A DNA stretch of 59,996 nt, filler included. It is 4 parts of 4 records of this genome, joined end to end, with 100 filler letters (N's around TTAATTAATTAA, not from the genome) between each part and the next. Parts side by side here need not be neighbours in the genome. Positions count along the whole stretch, not along the records: positions 1 to 18,006 come from SRR22947725_3545; 3 more parts are not named here. One strand, given 5' to 3'. The notes beneath the pieces were generated by a model. The model worked only from the letters and a program-made list of their open reading frames with translations, ran no database searches and was not told the origin of the DNA. Positions within the stretch are counted from its first letter, which is position 1. Each line of letters opens with the position of its first letter. Below are positions 1 to 9,857 of the stretch, one piece after another. Made by a program: the position numbers and the translations under genes.

Positions 1-160
1 GGAGCCTTTCTAATGTCCTCTCTATGGCTTCTCCTTGGAAATCCATAAAACTTATTGGGTTGGAGTTTGTGAGCAAGTTAGCAGCATTTTCTTCATCAAG
101 ATGAAGACCAAACTGAGGCCCTGGATTATATGACAGATCCATACCAAGAATGTCAAAGAG
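1..160 (-). pseudogene. hemE: Internal fragment of uroporphyrinogen decarboxylase in inverted orientation (probable chimeric contig end)
   Basis: Minus frame reads (LF)DILGMDLSYNPGPQFGLHLDEENAANLLTNSNPISFMDFQGEAIERTLERL, matching the HemE segment after the FSDIL motif; similarity stops near 155. Confidence 0.65.
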
Positions 161-190
161 TTTGTAATAAGAATTAGAGAAGCCTTCTAA
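146..190 (+). pseudogene. hemE: C-terminal end of HemE (KNVKEFVIRIREAF*) directly upstream of hemF
   Basis: Typical HemE terminal helix ending 6 nt before the hemF start; an in-frame TGA at 131-133 shows the frame does not continue upstream. Confidence 0.55.
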
Positions 191-196
191 AGCTCT

Positions 197-1009
197 ATGG
201 ATATTGAAGAAAAAAAATCCCTGACTTCATCTTGGTTTAAAGAACTAAGAGATATGTTCTGTAAGGAATTTATAGATATAGATGGCGGAAGCTTTGAAAG
301 AAAAAACTGGGATCATAAGTTTGAAGGTGGCGGGGAAATGAGTCTCATGAAAGGAGACGTTTTCGAAAAAGTTGGTGTAAATATATCTACCGTATCTGGA
401 AAATTTGATAACGACTTTAAATCTGAAGTTAAGGGAACCGAACAAGCTCCAAATTATTGGGCAAGTGGAATTAGCCTTGTGGCACACATGCAATCCCCCA
501 AAGTTCCAGCATTTCACTTTAATACAAGATATATCGTTACTGGAGATTCTTGGTTTGGTGGTGGAGGAGATTTAACGCCAACCATTAAGAAGGATGATGA
601 AATAAAATTTTTTCATCAGTGCATGAAAGAGGCTTGTGATTCTACTGATCCTGAATATTACGAAACATATAAAAAGGCTTGTGATGAATATTTCTATCTT
701 CCACATAGATCTGAGGCTAGAGGTGAAGGTGGGATATTTATAGACCATCTAAAAACCGACGATTGGAATAAGGATTTTAACTTTATAAAAGAAGTAGGTT
801 TATCAACTTTAAAAGCTATAACGACTATTATCAGGAACCTAAAAGATGAGGAATGGACTGAAGATGAAAAAGAACAACAGCTCATTAAAAGGGGTCGTTA
901 TGTTGAATTTAATCTTCTCTGGGACAGAGGTACTGCTTTTGGTATAAAAACTGGGGGCAATTCGGATGCTATATTGATGTCTATGCCGCCTACTGCCAAA
1001 TGGGATTAG
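197..1009 (+). CDS. hemF: Oxygen-dependent coproporphyrinogen III oxidase
   Basis: Motifs VFEKVGVN, WFGGGGDLTP, RGRYVEFNLLWDRGT, ILMSMPP. Confidence 0.96.
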   Translation: MDIEEKKSLTSSWFKELRDMFCKEFIDIDGGSFERKNWDHKFEGGGEMSLMKGDVFEKVGVNISTVSGKFDNDFKSEVKGTEQAPNYWASGISLVAHMQSPKVPAFHFNTRYIVTGDSWFGGGGDLTPTIKKDDEIKFFHQCMKEACDSTDPEYYETYKKACDEYFYLPHRSEARGEGGIFIDHLKTDDWNKDFNFIKEVGLSTLKAITTIIRNLKDEEWTEDEKEQQLIKRGRYVEFNLLWDRGTAFGIKTGGNSDAILMSMPPTAKWD

Positions 1010-1435
1010 ATGAATACCTACTTAATTTTTAAAACCATTCATATAATCTCGGTAATTACCTGGATGGCTGCCCTATTCTATCTTCCAAGACTATTTGTAT
1101 ATCACTCAACAAAAGAGATAGGCTCAGACGCTTCTGAGACCTTTAAAGTGATGGAGTCAAAGCTACTAAAAATCATTGCGAACCCATCTTTTATTCTGGT
1201 TTGGATCTCAGGCCTTGCCCTTTTAAGCTACAAAGGTTTAGAAATTTGGCTAATTCTAAAAATGTTTCTTGTCATGGGTATGACTCTTTTTCACTTTTAT
1301 CTGAATTTTCTAAGAATAAGTTTTGAAGTCGACTCCAACACAAAATCAGAAAAGTTTTTTAGGGTTATAAATGAAATACCGACGATTCTATTGTTAATAA
1401 TAGTTGTATTGGTTGTCTTCCAACCAAGATTTTAA
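1010..1435 (+). CDS. hemJ: Protoporphyrinogen IX oxidase HemJ (CopD/UPF0093 family)
   Basis: HIISVITWMAALFYLPRLFVYH and FRVINEIPT motifs; adjacent to hemF. Confidence 0.93.
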   Translation: MNTYLIFKTIHIISVITWMAALFYLPRLFVYHSTKEIGSDASETFKVMESKLLKIIANPSFILVWISGLALLSYKGLEIWLILKMFLVMGMTLFHFYLNFLRISFEVDSNTKSEKFFRVINEIPTILLLIIVVLVVFQPRF

Positions 1436-2403
1436 AATTCTATAACCTGTCCAGGCTGTAAGACTCGAAAGAACTCTTCAGATAAACCTAGTTCTTTAAG
1501 GGATTGTTTTAAAAGTTCTGGTGGTTCCATAATCTCTTCATCTGTTAATTGAAAAGTGCCCCAATGCATTCCAAAATTCCTTTTAGATTCAAGATCTAGA
1601 GCTATTTGAATAGCTTCATGAGGATTGACATGATTTGTTTTCATAAACCATCTAGGTGCGTAAGCACCAACAGGTATTAAACTAAGAGAAGGCGAACCTA
1701 ATTTATTTTTTGTTTCAATAAAATCACTGGAATATCCTGTATCTCCAGCGTGGTAAATAGACTCTGTTTTAAGTTCCATATACCAACCACCCCATAAACT
1801 TTTATTTCTGTCTGCAATACCTCTTGCTGACCAATGTTGAACCGGAGTAAAAGTAAATTTTGATCCGTTAATGTCAATTTCTTCCCACCAAAGAAACTCT
1901 TTAACGTTCTCTATGCCTCTTCTTTCAAGTCTCCTCTTGTCTCCCTTAGGAACTAAGAATATTGCATTAGGATTTGCCTTATAGATCTTCTTGAGACTTC
2001 TTAAATCCAAATGATCATAGTGATTATGGCTAACTGTAATGACGTCTATCTTAGGAAGCTTGTCTATAGGGATTGCCGGAGGGATCAGCCTTTTGGGTCC
2101 TGCAAATCTGACAGGAGAAGCTCTTTTTGAGAAAACGGGATCGGTAAGAATGGTTAGATTATCTTTGTTGATCAGATATGTTGCATGTCCTATCCACACC
2201 ATGTAATCAGTAGATCCAGTATCTAATTCTTTCCACTCATCAGAAGAATCAATCGCTACAAGTTCAGGTTTTTTATTAGTAAATGTCCATTTCAAAAAAT
2301 CTCTAAAAGACTTTCCTGCAGCCTCTTCATTGGTATTCTTAAATCTCTCGTTTGGCATCATTAAGCTTGAAAATAATAGCAATGGAAGAATGAATCTTTT
2401 CAT
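1432..2403 (-). CDS. MBL-fold metallohydrolase (NAPE-PLD/RomA-like) with signal peptide
   Basis: WIGHAT, SHNHYDHLD, QHWSAR, AGDTGY, GMHWGTF motifs. Confidence 0.88.
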   Translation of the reverse strand: MKRFILPLLLFSSLMMPNERFKNTNEEAAGKSFRDFLKWTFTNKKPELVAIDSSDEWKELDTGSTDYMVWIGHATYLINKDNLTILTDPVFSKRASPVRFAGPKRLIPPAIPIDKLPKIDVITVSHNHYDHLDLRSLKKIYKANPNAIFLVPKGDKRRLERRGIENVKEFLWWEEIDINGSKFTFTPVQHWSARGIADRNKSLWGGWYMELKTESIYHAGDTGYSSDFIETKNKLGSPSLSLIPVGAYAPRWFMKTNHVNPHEAIQIALDLESKRNFGMHWGTFQLTDEEIMEPPELLKQSLKELGLSEEFFRVLQPGQVIEF

Positions 2404-2413
2404 TGAACCTTGG

Positions 2414-3397
2414 TTATTTTGATAAAACTTTATCTATTTCATAAATTTGGTCTTGTGTAAGTGCGCCTTCTGATTGAGCGTCTAAGCTTTCTAAAAGTTC
2501 ATTTCTATTTTTAACTCCCAAGATTACTGATGAAACTTTTTCAACACTAAGCGCATATCTATATGCGAGAATCGAAGGGGTAATCTGCCATTCTGCTGCT
2601 AAATTTCTAAATGGTTCAGCTCTTTCATAATCTTCAAAATCTTTAATATCCCGACCGGATTCATGTGGCTTTCTGTCCATTTCAGAGGTCAAGGCACCAG
2701 CCTGAACTGCTCTTATGCCTAGAATAGGTATATCTGCATTCTGGCTTGCTTCCAAAATACTATTTGGATCATAGTCTTTATCTACATAACCAATAGCGCC
2801 AGCTGAATTCAAAGGATTAACAACACACTGTATAGCTTCAGGAGGTGTTGCATGATTTATTGCTTCAATAATTGCTTTATTTTGGCCCATTCCTCCGATA
2901 CCCCAACTTCCTATTTTTCCTTCTGTTTTTAATCTTTCAAAAGCTGGGATTGCTGCATTAAAGTAGCAAGATAAAGAAGTGCTAACTGCGTCTCTATGAT
3001 TATTTAATACTTGAAGTTGAAAATCATCTTCCCGCAACTGAGTATGTAAAAGAAAAAGGTCTACTCTTTCCATGTTTAGATAATCGAGGCTCTGGGTAAG
3101 TGATGAGTTGAAATGGTCATATACTTCTTCATCTGGCAATGTGCCTAGTCTACATTTAGTAGTTATTTTGATGCCATTGATTTCTTTACCCCGAAAAACC
3201 TCTCCAACAACACTTTCGGCCTCTCCATTGCCGTACATAGGAGCGACATCTAAATGATTGATTCCTTTTTCAATTGCAAGATTCACTGTTGCTATAGCTT
3301 CTTCTCTAGTAGTTTCTCCCCAAACTTGACCCAAGCCTCCTCCTCCAAGGGTTAAGGCACTAATGGAACCGTAAGGCTTAAAATCTCTTTCTTGCAT
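2414..3397 (-). CDS. Aldo/keto reductase
   Basis: LDVAPMYGNGEAE, ITTK, DLFLLH, VILGVKN motifs. Confidence 0.88.
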   Translation of the reverse strand: MQERDFKPYGSISALTLGGGGLGQVWGETTREEAIATVNLAIEKGINHLDVAPMYGNGEAESVVGEVFRGKEINGIKITTKCRLGTLPDEEVYDHFNSSLTQSLDYLNMERVDLFLLHTQLREDDFQLQVLNNHRDAVSTSLSCYFNAAIPAFERLKTEGKIGSWGIGGMGQNKAIIEAINHATPPEAIQCVVNPLNSAGAIGYVDKDYDPNSILEASQNADIPILGIRAVQAGALTSEMDRKPHESGRDIKDFEDYERAEPFRNLAAEWQITPSILAYRYALSVEKVSSVILGVKNRNELLESLDAQSEGALTQDQIYEIDKVLSK

Positions 3398-3431
3398 AAT
3401 TAAAATTTAAAAATATAAAAATGAAAGTTTG

Positions 3432-3917
3432 CTAAGCAACCTGTCTCTTCAGCCAAATCATTTGAGCGATAATGCCTACTACATAAATAATGAGGAAAGC
3501 TAGATGGAAGTTCAGTAACAAAGGATCCTCAAAAGAGTCTATGAAAGTATCTCCTACTGGCAGTCTTCTTAAAAAATCTGTAATGGCAGGAATCATATGA
3601 AAAAGTAATGTGGAGGTATAGCCCAATGCTTGAAAGTACTTTGAGAAAGATCCAAACCACTTATAACGCTCCATGATGTATCCACCAGCAAGGGCAATTA
3701 AAGTTAAGACGCCGAGAATATGCGCAACGCCAAAACCACCTTGGTTATAAATACCCAGGGCCGATCCAGCCACCAACAAAGTCACTAAAATGTATAATTT
3801 TCCTGAACTTACTTCGTATGAAATAACTCGATACTTGTATAAGGTGTAAAACCCACTCAACACAGCCAATATCCCTAAAATAGTATGAAACCACCCCAAT
3901 AATGTCATCTCTGGCAT
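3432..3917 (-). CDS. Conserved membrane protein with His-bearing TM helices (DUF2306-like)
   Basis: About 5 hydrophobic helices, GWFHT and AHILG; GGGAG RBS upstream. Confidence 0.6.
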   Translation of the reverse strand: MPEMTLLGWFHTILGILAVLSGFYTLYKYRVISYEVSSGKLYILVTLLVAGSALGIYNQGGFGVAHILGVLTLIALAGGYIMERYKWFGSFSKYFQALGYTSTLLFHMIPAITDFLRRLPVGDTFIDSFEDPLLLNFHLAFLIIYVVGIIAQMIWLKRQVA

Positions 3918-3942
3918 TTGTATTCTCCCCTTTTTGTATTAC

Positions 3943-5319
3943 TTAAACTTTTGCCCATTCCCCATGGAAACCATATGGAACTCTCTGAGGTAAATGAACT
4001 GTTGCCAATGGACCTGATTTTGGTTCTTTGGCATCTAAAATTATCAAATCACTCTTATCAGTTTCTTGGTTATAAACCAGTGATAATAAGTAGCCTTCGT
4101 CTTCTGACTTAGCACCTTCCGCAGCAACGAATACGGGTTCAGCACCAAACTTTCCGAGTCCATATTCATAAACTTCAGATGTATCGTTTATGAAATCATA
4201 CTTAATGATTTCTTTAAAATCTGGCCGATCAGCATTTGAAGACGCTAATGCATAGGCATATTGATTAGGCTTGCCTACCAAGTCTGGATTTATTCTAGGG
4301 AACTCCACTGATCTATCATCTAACTTAGATTTCGTGGCAAGGCCAGAAGATGTATTTAACTCCCATCGAGTAAGTTGCGGGGGAGATTCAGTAAAGGGTC
4401 CATTCCAGTCAGTATCAAATAATCTGTCATAGGCTGCTGCAGTCACTATCACATTGCCGTTTGAATCTTCGTGGGCATTAAATGTGTGAAAAAAATACGT
4501 GCTATCTATCTCAAACCACTTAACTTCATTTGAATTTCCTTTTCTGTCCAATAAGCCTATTCTTGCGGGGTGATTATCATCCCAAGAAAAAGGGAAATAG
4601 CCTCTACCGAGTTTGTATAAATCGAAAGCTACAGAGAGATCAAATACCAGCATATAGTTTTTAGTAATAGCGCATTCATGCAGCATAGATCTAGATTCAA
4701 AAGGTATTGATTGAGTTTTTTTGTGTAATCCATTTTCATCGACTACCACGTAATCAATGGTGTCAAAATTATTTGCGTAGTCATAACACATGGCATGCAT
4801 CTCGTTCGTATCAGGATCAATCTTAGGATGAGCGGTAAAGCCTGCGTTTCTATCACCATAAAATGGCTTTGTGTTTAGTGAATTAAGTTCCTGATCAATT
4901 TCTACAGGATAACCGCCCGCTTCAACAATGGCATAAATTTTTCCTGAATGGGAAATGACGCTCGTGTTTGCTACAGAATCATTACCATCTACTAGCTTAT
5001 TTTTGTACCAGAGCGCATTGCCAGAATCCAATCTAATTCCATGAAGCATCCCTTCTCCCAAAAACCAATGATGTTTTTTCTCATTGACTGATGACATTGG
5101 ATTTGGTCCATTTCTAAGCAAAAGACCTGATAGATCTTTAGGGATCTGTCCTGTTACCTTGAGATCAGTTTCGGAAATTATATTATTAACAGGTGCATAG
5201 TTCCCCTGTAAGTAATAATTCTTTTTAGTGGTTATGCCTGACATGTCTACTCCTATTCCGGCTGCAGCTAAGCCACCAAGACTTAAACCTGAAACTTTTA
5301 AAAACTTTCTCCTATTCAT
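3943..5319 (-). CDS. Carotenoid oxygenase (RPE65/CCD family) with twin-arginine signal
   Basis: LLRNGPNP, GEGMLH, four Fe-ligand His (TAHPK, MLHE, FFHTFNA, GFHG), EFPRI, GAEPVF; N-terminus MNRRKFLK. Confidence 0.92.
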   Translation of the reverse strand: MNRRKFLKVSGLSLGGLAAAGIGVDMSGITTKKNYYLQGNYAPVNNIISETDLKVTGQIPKDLSGLLLRNGPNPMSSVNEKKHHWFLGEGMLHGIRLDSGNALWYKNKLVDGNDSVANTSVISHSGKIYAIVEAGGYPVEIDQELNSLNTKPFYGDRNAGFTAHPKIDPDTNEMHAMCYDYANNFDTIDYVVVDENGLHKKTQSIPFESRSMLHECAITKNYMLVFDLSVAFDLYKLGRGYFPFSWDDNHPARIGLLDRKGNSNEVKWFEIDSTYFFHTFNAHEDSNGNVIVTAAAYDRLFDTDWNGPFTESPPQLTRWELNTSSGLATKSKLDDRSVEFPRINPDLVGKPNQYAYALASSNADRPDFKEIIKYDFINDTSEVYEYGLGKFGAEPVFVAAEGAKSEDEGYLLSLVYNQETDKSDLIILDAKEPKSGPLATVHLPQRVPYGFHGEWAKV

Positions 5320-5375
5320 TGCGCAGTGTGAATCGTTGAAATATGCATTATATCAGGTTAAATTTTTCAAACTTT

Positions 5376-6005
5376 TTAGCTTAATTTCCTATAAGCCAGG
5401 TAGAGCAAGGCAGGTAGAAAAGCCGCGCCAAAGAAGGCTAGAGTTGACGAGCCACTGGATAGGGCTGCTGCTCCTAATCCAGAAAAGACTACTGCTACAC
5501 CTATATTGGATAGGATCATTACATAGATAAATTTCTTAAAAGGCATTTTAGTTATTCCCGCAGCAAGTGTGCTCAGCTCAGCAAAAGCTGGGACAGGTCT
5601 GGCAAGGATTAATCCCATGACATCGATATCTTTAGCGGAATTTTCTGCTCTTTCTAAATCTTCTGTGCCGACAATTTTTATAGCTAAAGGTCTTGCTGCG
5701 TATCTTCCCACAAGGTAACCGAAGATTGCTCCAAAATTAAGACCTGCCCAAACAATAATAGAAGCAAGAGCCCAACCTAAACTGGCACCAGCAAGAGTAT
5801 TAGTTAATCCATTTGGTACTGGTAAAAATACATCAGCTGTTAAAGCGATTATTACAACTACGGATGTATATAGACTATTTTCTCCTGCCCACGATAATGC
5901 CATCTCTCCGTATCTTGCAAATGACGTCTCTAAAAATATAGCTGGCAGAATAATTGTTGTAAAAAACACTATTATAAAAGTAAGCCATTTTAATAACTTA
6001 GGCAT
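5376..6005 (-). CDS. VTT/DedA (SNARE-associated, TVP38-like) membrane protein
   Basis: DVFLPVP, GYLVGR, ARPVP motifs; hydrophobic profile. Confidence 0.8.
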   Translation of the reverse strand: MPKLLKWLTFIIVFFTTIILPAIFLETSFARYGEMALSWAGENSLYTSVVVIIALTADVFLPVPNGLTNTLAGASLGWALASIIVWAGLNFGAIFGYLVGRYAARPLAIKIVGTEDLERAENSAKDIDVMGLILARPVPAFAELSTLAAGITKMPFKKFIYVMILSNIGVAVVFSGLGAAALSSGSSTLAFFGAAFLPALLYLAYRKLS

Positions 6006-6006
6006 A

Positions 6007-7377
6007 CTAGTTATTGTTTTTGATGTGTTGCTTTATTGCTGCATGCTCTTTTTCACCAAAAGTAAATTTTTTATATAAAAGATACGCTCCACAACTATAA
6101 AAGACCAATGGAACCAAGCCATAGAGGCTTATTAAGGCTATCTTCACTTCCATTGTTTGAGGTTCGTTTGGGATAAATCCAGAAAACTGAAGTACAAATC
6201 CAGTCACTAAGAGCATAATTCCAGTTGCACTTTTATATACGAAATTTAATGCAGCAAAATAAGAACCTTCTTTTCTCTCGCCAGTAAGATATTCATCATA
6301 ATCAATCACATCTCCTTTTATTGATGGTCCTATTGCTCCACCACATCCGGCTGCTATTCCGGCCAGAAAAGCGCCAACAAACATAATCACTACTTTAGTG
6401 GTTACAGAATCTATGAACGGTAGAAAAAATGTAGCTCCGAAGGATATACCGGTAAAAAACATACTAAAAACCCAGAGGTTTATTTTTCCAAATTTTCTCG
6501 ATAAAGGTATCCAGAAAGGAACGGAAAGAGCTGAAGGCAACATATAGGCTAAAATCATTAAAGGCGCTAAGGCCGGTGTTCCAATAATATATTGAGTTAC
6601 GTATAAAGTAAGCACGCCAATTACCGCGCCTCCTAGATTCTCAATGAATAAAACCAATATCAAAATCTTCGCATGTGGATTTATCCATACATCCCTAAAT
6701 GCTTTAAAGGGATTTTTATTAACTCTATTTTGAAATTCAGGATTTTCATTCAATCTGGATACAGAGAAAAATATCATTAGACTCATTACCGCAACAGCCA
6801 AAAAAGCTAAGTTACTGGCAAGATTTCTTATATCACCATTAGGACTACTCTCTTCGCTAATCAACAAACTCATTGAAACCAAAGACAGGATAGAGCCAAC
6901 CGTGAATCCAATATGCCTGACTCCAAACAGTCTAGTTCTTTCATGATAATCATCAGAAAGCTCAGCCCCTAAAGCCATATGAGGTACATTGAAGAGTGTA
7001 ATAGCGGAATAAAAACCCAAAACAGCAAACATCATCCAAATCTCAAGTGATTGACCTTGCAAATATTCGGGAGGTGAGAAAACTGCTAAAAAACCTAATG
7101 AAATCGGTATGAAACTAAGAAGCATCCAGGTTTTCCTTCTACCAAATTTAAATGTTGTCCTATCGCTTAAATAACCTGCAACAGGGTCAGAAATTGCGTC
7201 CCAAATGCGTGAAATACTAAAGATAACACCCATCACTGCAGGCGCAATAAGTAATACATCAGTTGAGAACTTCATGACATAAAGCGTCATGAGTAAATAC
7301 ATATAGCCGGCCCCTACTCCGGGAATGCCGTAAGCTAATGTTGTTTTTAAAGGAACCTTAGATGAAATTTTAGACAA
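6007..7377 (-). CDS. MFS glycoside-pentoside-hexuronide (GPH/MelB-like) cation symporter
   Basis: WDAISDPVAGYLSDRT..FGRR, HERT, DVIDYDE..TGERKEG motifs. Confidence 0.9.
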   Translation of the reverse strand: MSKISSKVPLKTTLAYGIPGVGAGYMYLLMTLYVMKFSTDVLLIAPAVMGVIFSISRIWDAISDPVAGYLSDRTTFKFGRRKTWMLLSFIPISLGFLAVFSPPEYLQGQSLEIWMMFAVLGFYSAITLFNVPHMALGAELSDDYHERTRLFGVRHIGFTVGSILSLVSMSLLISEESSPNGDIRNLASNLAFLAVAVMSLMIFFSVSRLNENPEFQNRVNKNPFKAFRDVWINPHAKILILVLFIENLGGAVIGVLTLYVTQYIIGTPALAPLMILAYMLPSALSVPFWIPLSRKFGKINLWVFSMFFTGISFGATFFLPFIDSVTTKVVIMFVGAFLAGIAAGCGGAIGPSIKGDVIDYDEYLTGERKEGSYFAALNFVYKSATGIMLLVTGFVLQFSGFIPNEPQTMEVKIALISLYGLVPLVFYSCGAYLLYKKFTFGEKEHAAIKQHIKNNN

Positions 7378-7380
7378 AAC

Positions 7381-7461
7381 TTATGGCTCTAACCTCATGA
7401 GATCATTCACACTTCTATGATACAAAGCATCAATTATTTTTATATTTTGTACGTAACTCAT
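7381..7461 (-). CDS. Putative 26-aa small protein MSYVQNIKIIDALYHRSVNDLMRLEP (not in ORF track)
   Basis: ATG preceded by GGGGAG at 6-nt spacing, with an upstream TATAAT; stop lies 3 nt before the MFS start. Confidence 0.5.
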   Translation of the reverse strand: MSYVQNIKIIDALYHRSVNDLMRLEP

Positions 7462-7527
7462 TTTCTTCTCCCCAGAAACTCAGTTAGATTATATTCTCAC
7501 GTATTGATATGCAAAGTTTATAAATAT

Positions 7528-8682
7528 CTACTTGAGTATCGAAGACAATTCTTTTCTAGGATTATATGAGTGAATATTCTCGACACTGATCTTCATCGTG
7601 GCCTTTGTGACTAGATTCCTTGCGGACGCTAAAAGAGGATTAGAGATGTGATTAAAGAGTCCTTGAAGTTTAGACCTTTTTTGCATCCACTTAGCCCTCT
7701 TATTCCTTAACTGGTCATAAGCACTAAGAGCCTTATCGAGATCTTCTATCTCGCCAAGAAGAACCATCAAGCAATAGGCATCTTCTATCGCGAGGCACCC
7801 GCCCTGTCCTAGAAATGGGACCATTGGATGTGCGGCATCTCCCAGCAAGACACACTTACCTTGATGCAAGGTGCTAGGCAAAGGTCTTTCAAATATACCC
7901 CATTTGTAAAGCTTTTCAGTTGAGTTGAGCATTAAAAGTAACTCTTCATTCCATCCCTGGAAACACTTAAGAAAATCAGATTTATTGCCTTCTACTTTCC
8001 ATGATTCTTCAGCCCAAGAACGATTATGTTCAATCGCAACAAAGTTGATCAGTCCTTCTCGTCCAGTAGGATAATGCACGCAATGCCCTCCAGGTCCGTG
8101 ATAGACATTCACTTTCTCACTTCCTTCAAATTGTGGAAGCAAGTCTGAAGTTGTCATGCCCCTCCAAGCTACGTAGTTGGTGAATTGGGGTTCTTGATTA
8201 TCAAAATGTTCTTTTCTGAAGGAGGACTTAATTCCGTCACTTAACAGAATTAACTCATAGGTATTGATGTTTTCATCGGAGATTTGGATTGCTCCTGAAG
8301 AAGGGTTGATTGATTGCACTTCAGTGCCATAATGAATCTTGCCACCAATTTCTTCGAAACTTTGCGCCAATTGCTCTACAAGGTCTCTTCTATCCAGAGT
8401 AATAAAACTCTCATCAAATTTCATAGCGCTAATGACATTGGCGTTTTTATAGTCGCGAATGTATGAAGCCATAGGAAAATAACTTTTTTTAGATAGTAGC
8501 TCCATCAATCCAAGTTCTTTCAGTAACGATGTGGCATTCCTAGAAAGAGTAATTCCTGCACCAAATTCTGTTATGGATTGAGATCTTTCAAATATATCTA
8601 CTTCTAACCCAATTTTCTGCAATGCATACCCGGCCGTCAAACCAGATATTCCAGCCCCTACTACTGCAACACGCTTCAACAC
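7528..8682 (-). CDS. FAD-dependent monooxygenase (salicylate hydroxylase/UbiH-like)
   Basis: VVGAGISG, SDG, LLGDAAHPMVPFLGQGGCLAIEDA. Confidence 0.9.
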   Translation of the reverse strand: MLKRVAVVGAGISGLTAGYALQKIGLEVDIFERSQSITEFGAGITLSRNATSLLKELGLMELLSKKSYFPMASYIRDYKNANVISAMKFDESFITLDRRDLVEQLAQSFEEIGGKIHYGTEVQSINPSSGAIQISDENINTYELILLSDGIKSSFRKEHFDNQEPQFTNYVAWRGMTTSDLLPQFEGSEKVNVYHGPGGHCVHYPTGREGLINFVAIEHNRSWAEESWKVEGNKSDFLKCFQGWNEELLLMLNSTEKLYKWGIFERPLPSTLHQGKCVLLGDAAHPMVPFLGQGGCLAIEDAYCLMVLLGEIEDLDKALSAYDQLRNKRAKWMQKRSKLQGLFNHISNPLLASARNLVTKATMKISVENIHSYNPRKELSSILK

Positions 8683-9818
8683 TAGATTGCCTTAGTTTGG
8701 ATTAGATTTTTTTTCGCCCTTTCCTTTCTGCGCGTCTTGTCGTTAACCTGCCCTACTAACTGGCCACAGGCCGCCATGATGTCATCCCCTCTAGTAGATC
8801 TAATGGTAGTTATATACCCTTGCTCTTGGAGATATTGTTGAAATCTTTTTACTCTATTACCTGAGGGTTTCAAGTAGTCAGATCCTTCAAAGGCATTAAA
8901 GGGAATTAAGTTTATCTTGCTAGGCAATTGCTTTAATAACTCGCCCAACTCCTTGGCGTGAGCTAGCTCATCATTAATACCATCTATAAGAATATACTCA
9001 ATCGTTGTTACTCTCTTATCATCACAGGAATCTACATAACGCTTCACAGAATCTAAAAGCTGTTGAATAGGATACTTTTTATTAATCGGTACCAGCTCAT
9101 TTCTTAATTCGTCATTTGGGGCATGCAAGGAAATGGTTAAAGCCACATCACTGACCTTACTCAGCTCATCTATCTTAGGAACTATACCTGAAGTGCTTAA
9201 GGTAACTTTCCTTTTAGATAGGCCATACGCATTATCATCTGTCATTAAATTCATAGCATTTACTACAGGTTCAAAATTTAAAAGAGGCTCGCCCATACCC
9301 ATCATTACTACATTGGTGATATGTCTAGAATTTGGCTCTCTAGGCAGACCAAATGAATTTGCAGCTACCCAGACTTGGCCTATGATTTCGTCTAGATTCA
9401 AATTTCTTGAGAAACCCTGCTTGCCTGTAGCGCAGAAACTACAATCTACTGCACACCCAACTTGTGAAGATACGCACAAAGTAGCCCTATTTTTTTCAGG
9501 TATAAGAACCATTTCGATTAGATCCTTTTCGCCAACCTTGATAACCCATTTTTTTGTTCCGTCTTTAGAAAGTTTTTCATAAACAACATCTGGGGCTCGA
9601 ATTTCACAGTTTTCTTCCAATTTTTCTCTTAATTGCTTAGATAAATCTGTCATCAAGGAAATATCTGCGACACCTCTTTGATGTACCCATTTTATGATCT
9701 GAGTAGCGCGAAAAGGTTTTTCACCTATTGAAATAAAAAAGTCTTCCAATTGCCTTTTACTAAGGCCTAAAAGGTTAGTTTTTGATTTGATTGTTTTGAT
9801 ATTCATTCTGCCAGCCAA
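8682..9818 (-). CDS. rlmN: 23S rRNA m2A2503 / tRNA m2A37 methyltransferase RlmN
   Basis: [15 protein letters not shown] radical-SAM motif, MGMGEP, AACGQL. Confidence 0.97.
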   Translation of the reverse strand: MAGRMNIKTIKSKTNLLGLSKRQLEDFFISIGEKPFRATQIIKWVHQRGVADISLMTDLSKQLREKLEENCEIRAPDVVYEKLSKDGTKKWVIKVGEKDLIEMVLIPEKNRATLCVSSQVGCAVDCSFCATGKQGFSRNLNLDEIIGQVWVAANSFGLPREPNSRHITNVVMMGMGEPLLNFEPVVNAMNLMTDDNAYGLSKRKVTLSTSGIVPKIDELSKVSDVALTISLHAPNDELRNELVPINKKYPIQQLLDSVKRYVDSCDDKRVTTIEYILIDGINDELAHAKELGELLKQLPSKINLIPFNAFEGSDYLKPSGNRVKRFQQYLQEQGYITTIRSTRGDDIMAACGQLVGQVNDKTRRKERAKKNLIQTKAI

Positions 9819-9857
9819 AACCCATAATACAGTAGGTATATAAGGAAAAAAATAAAG

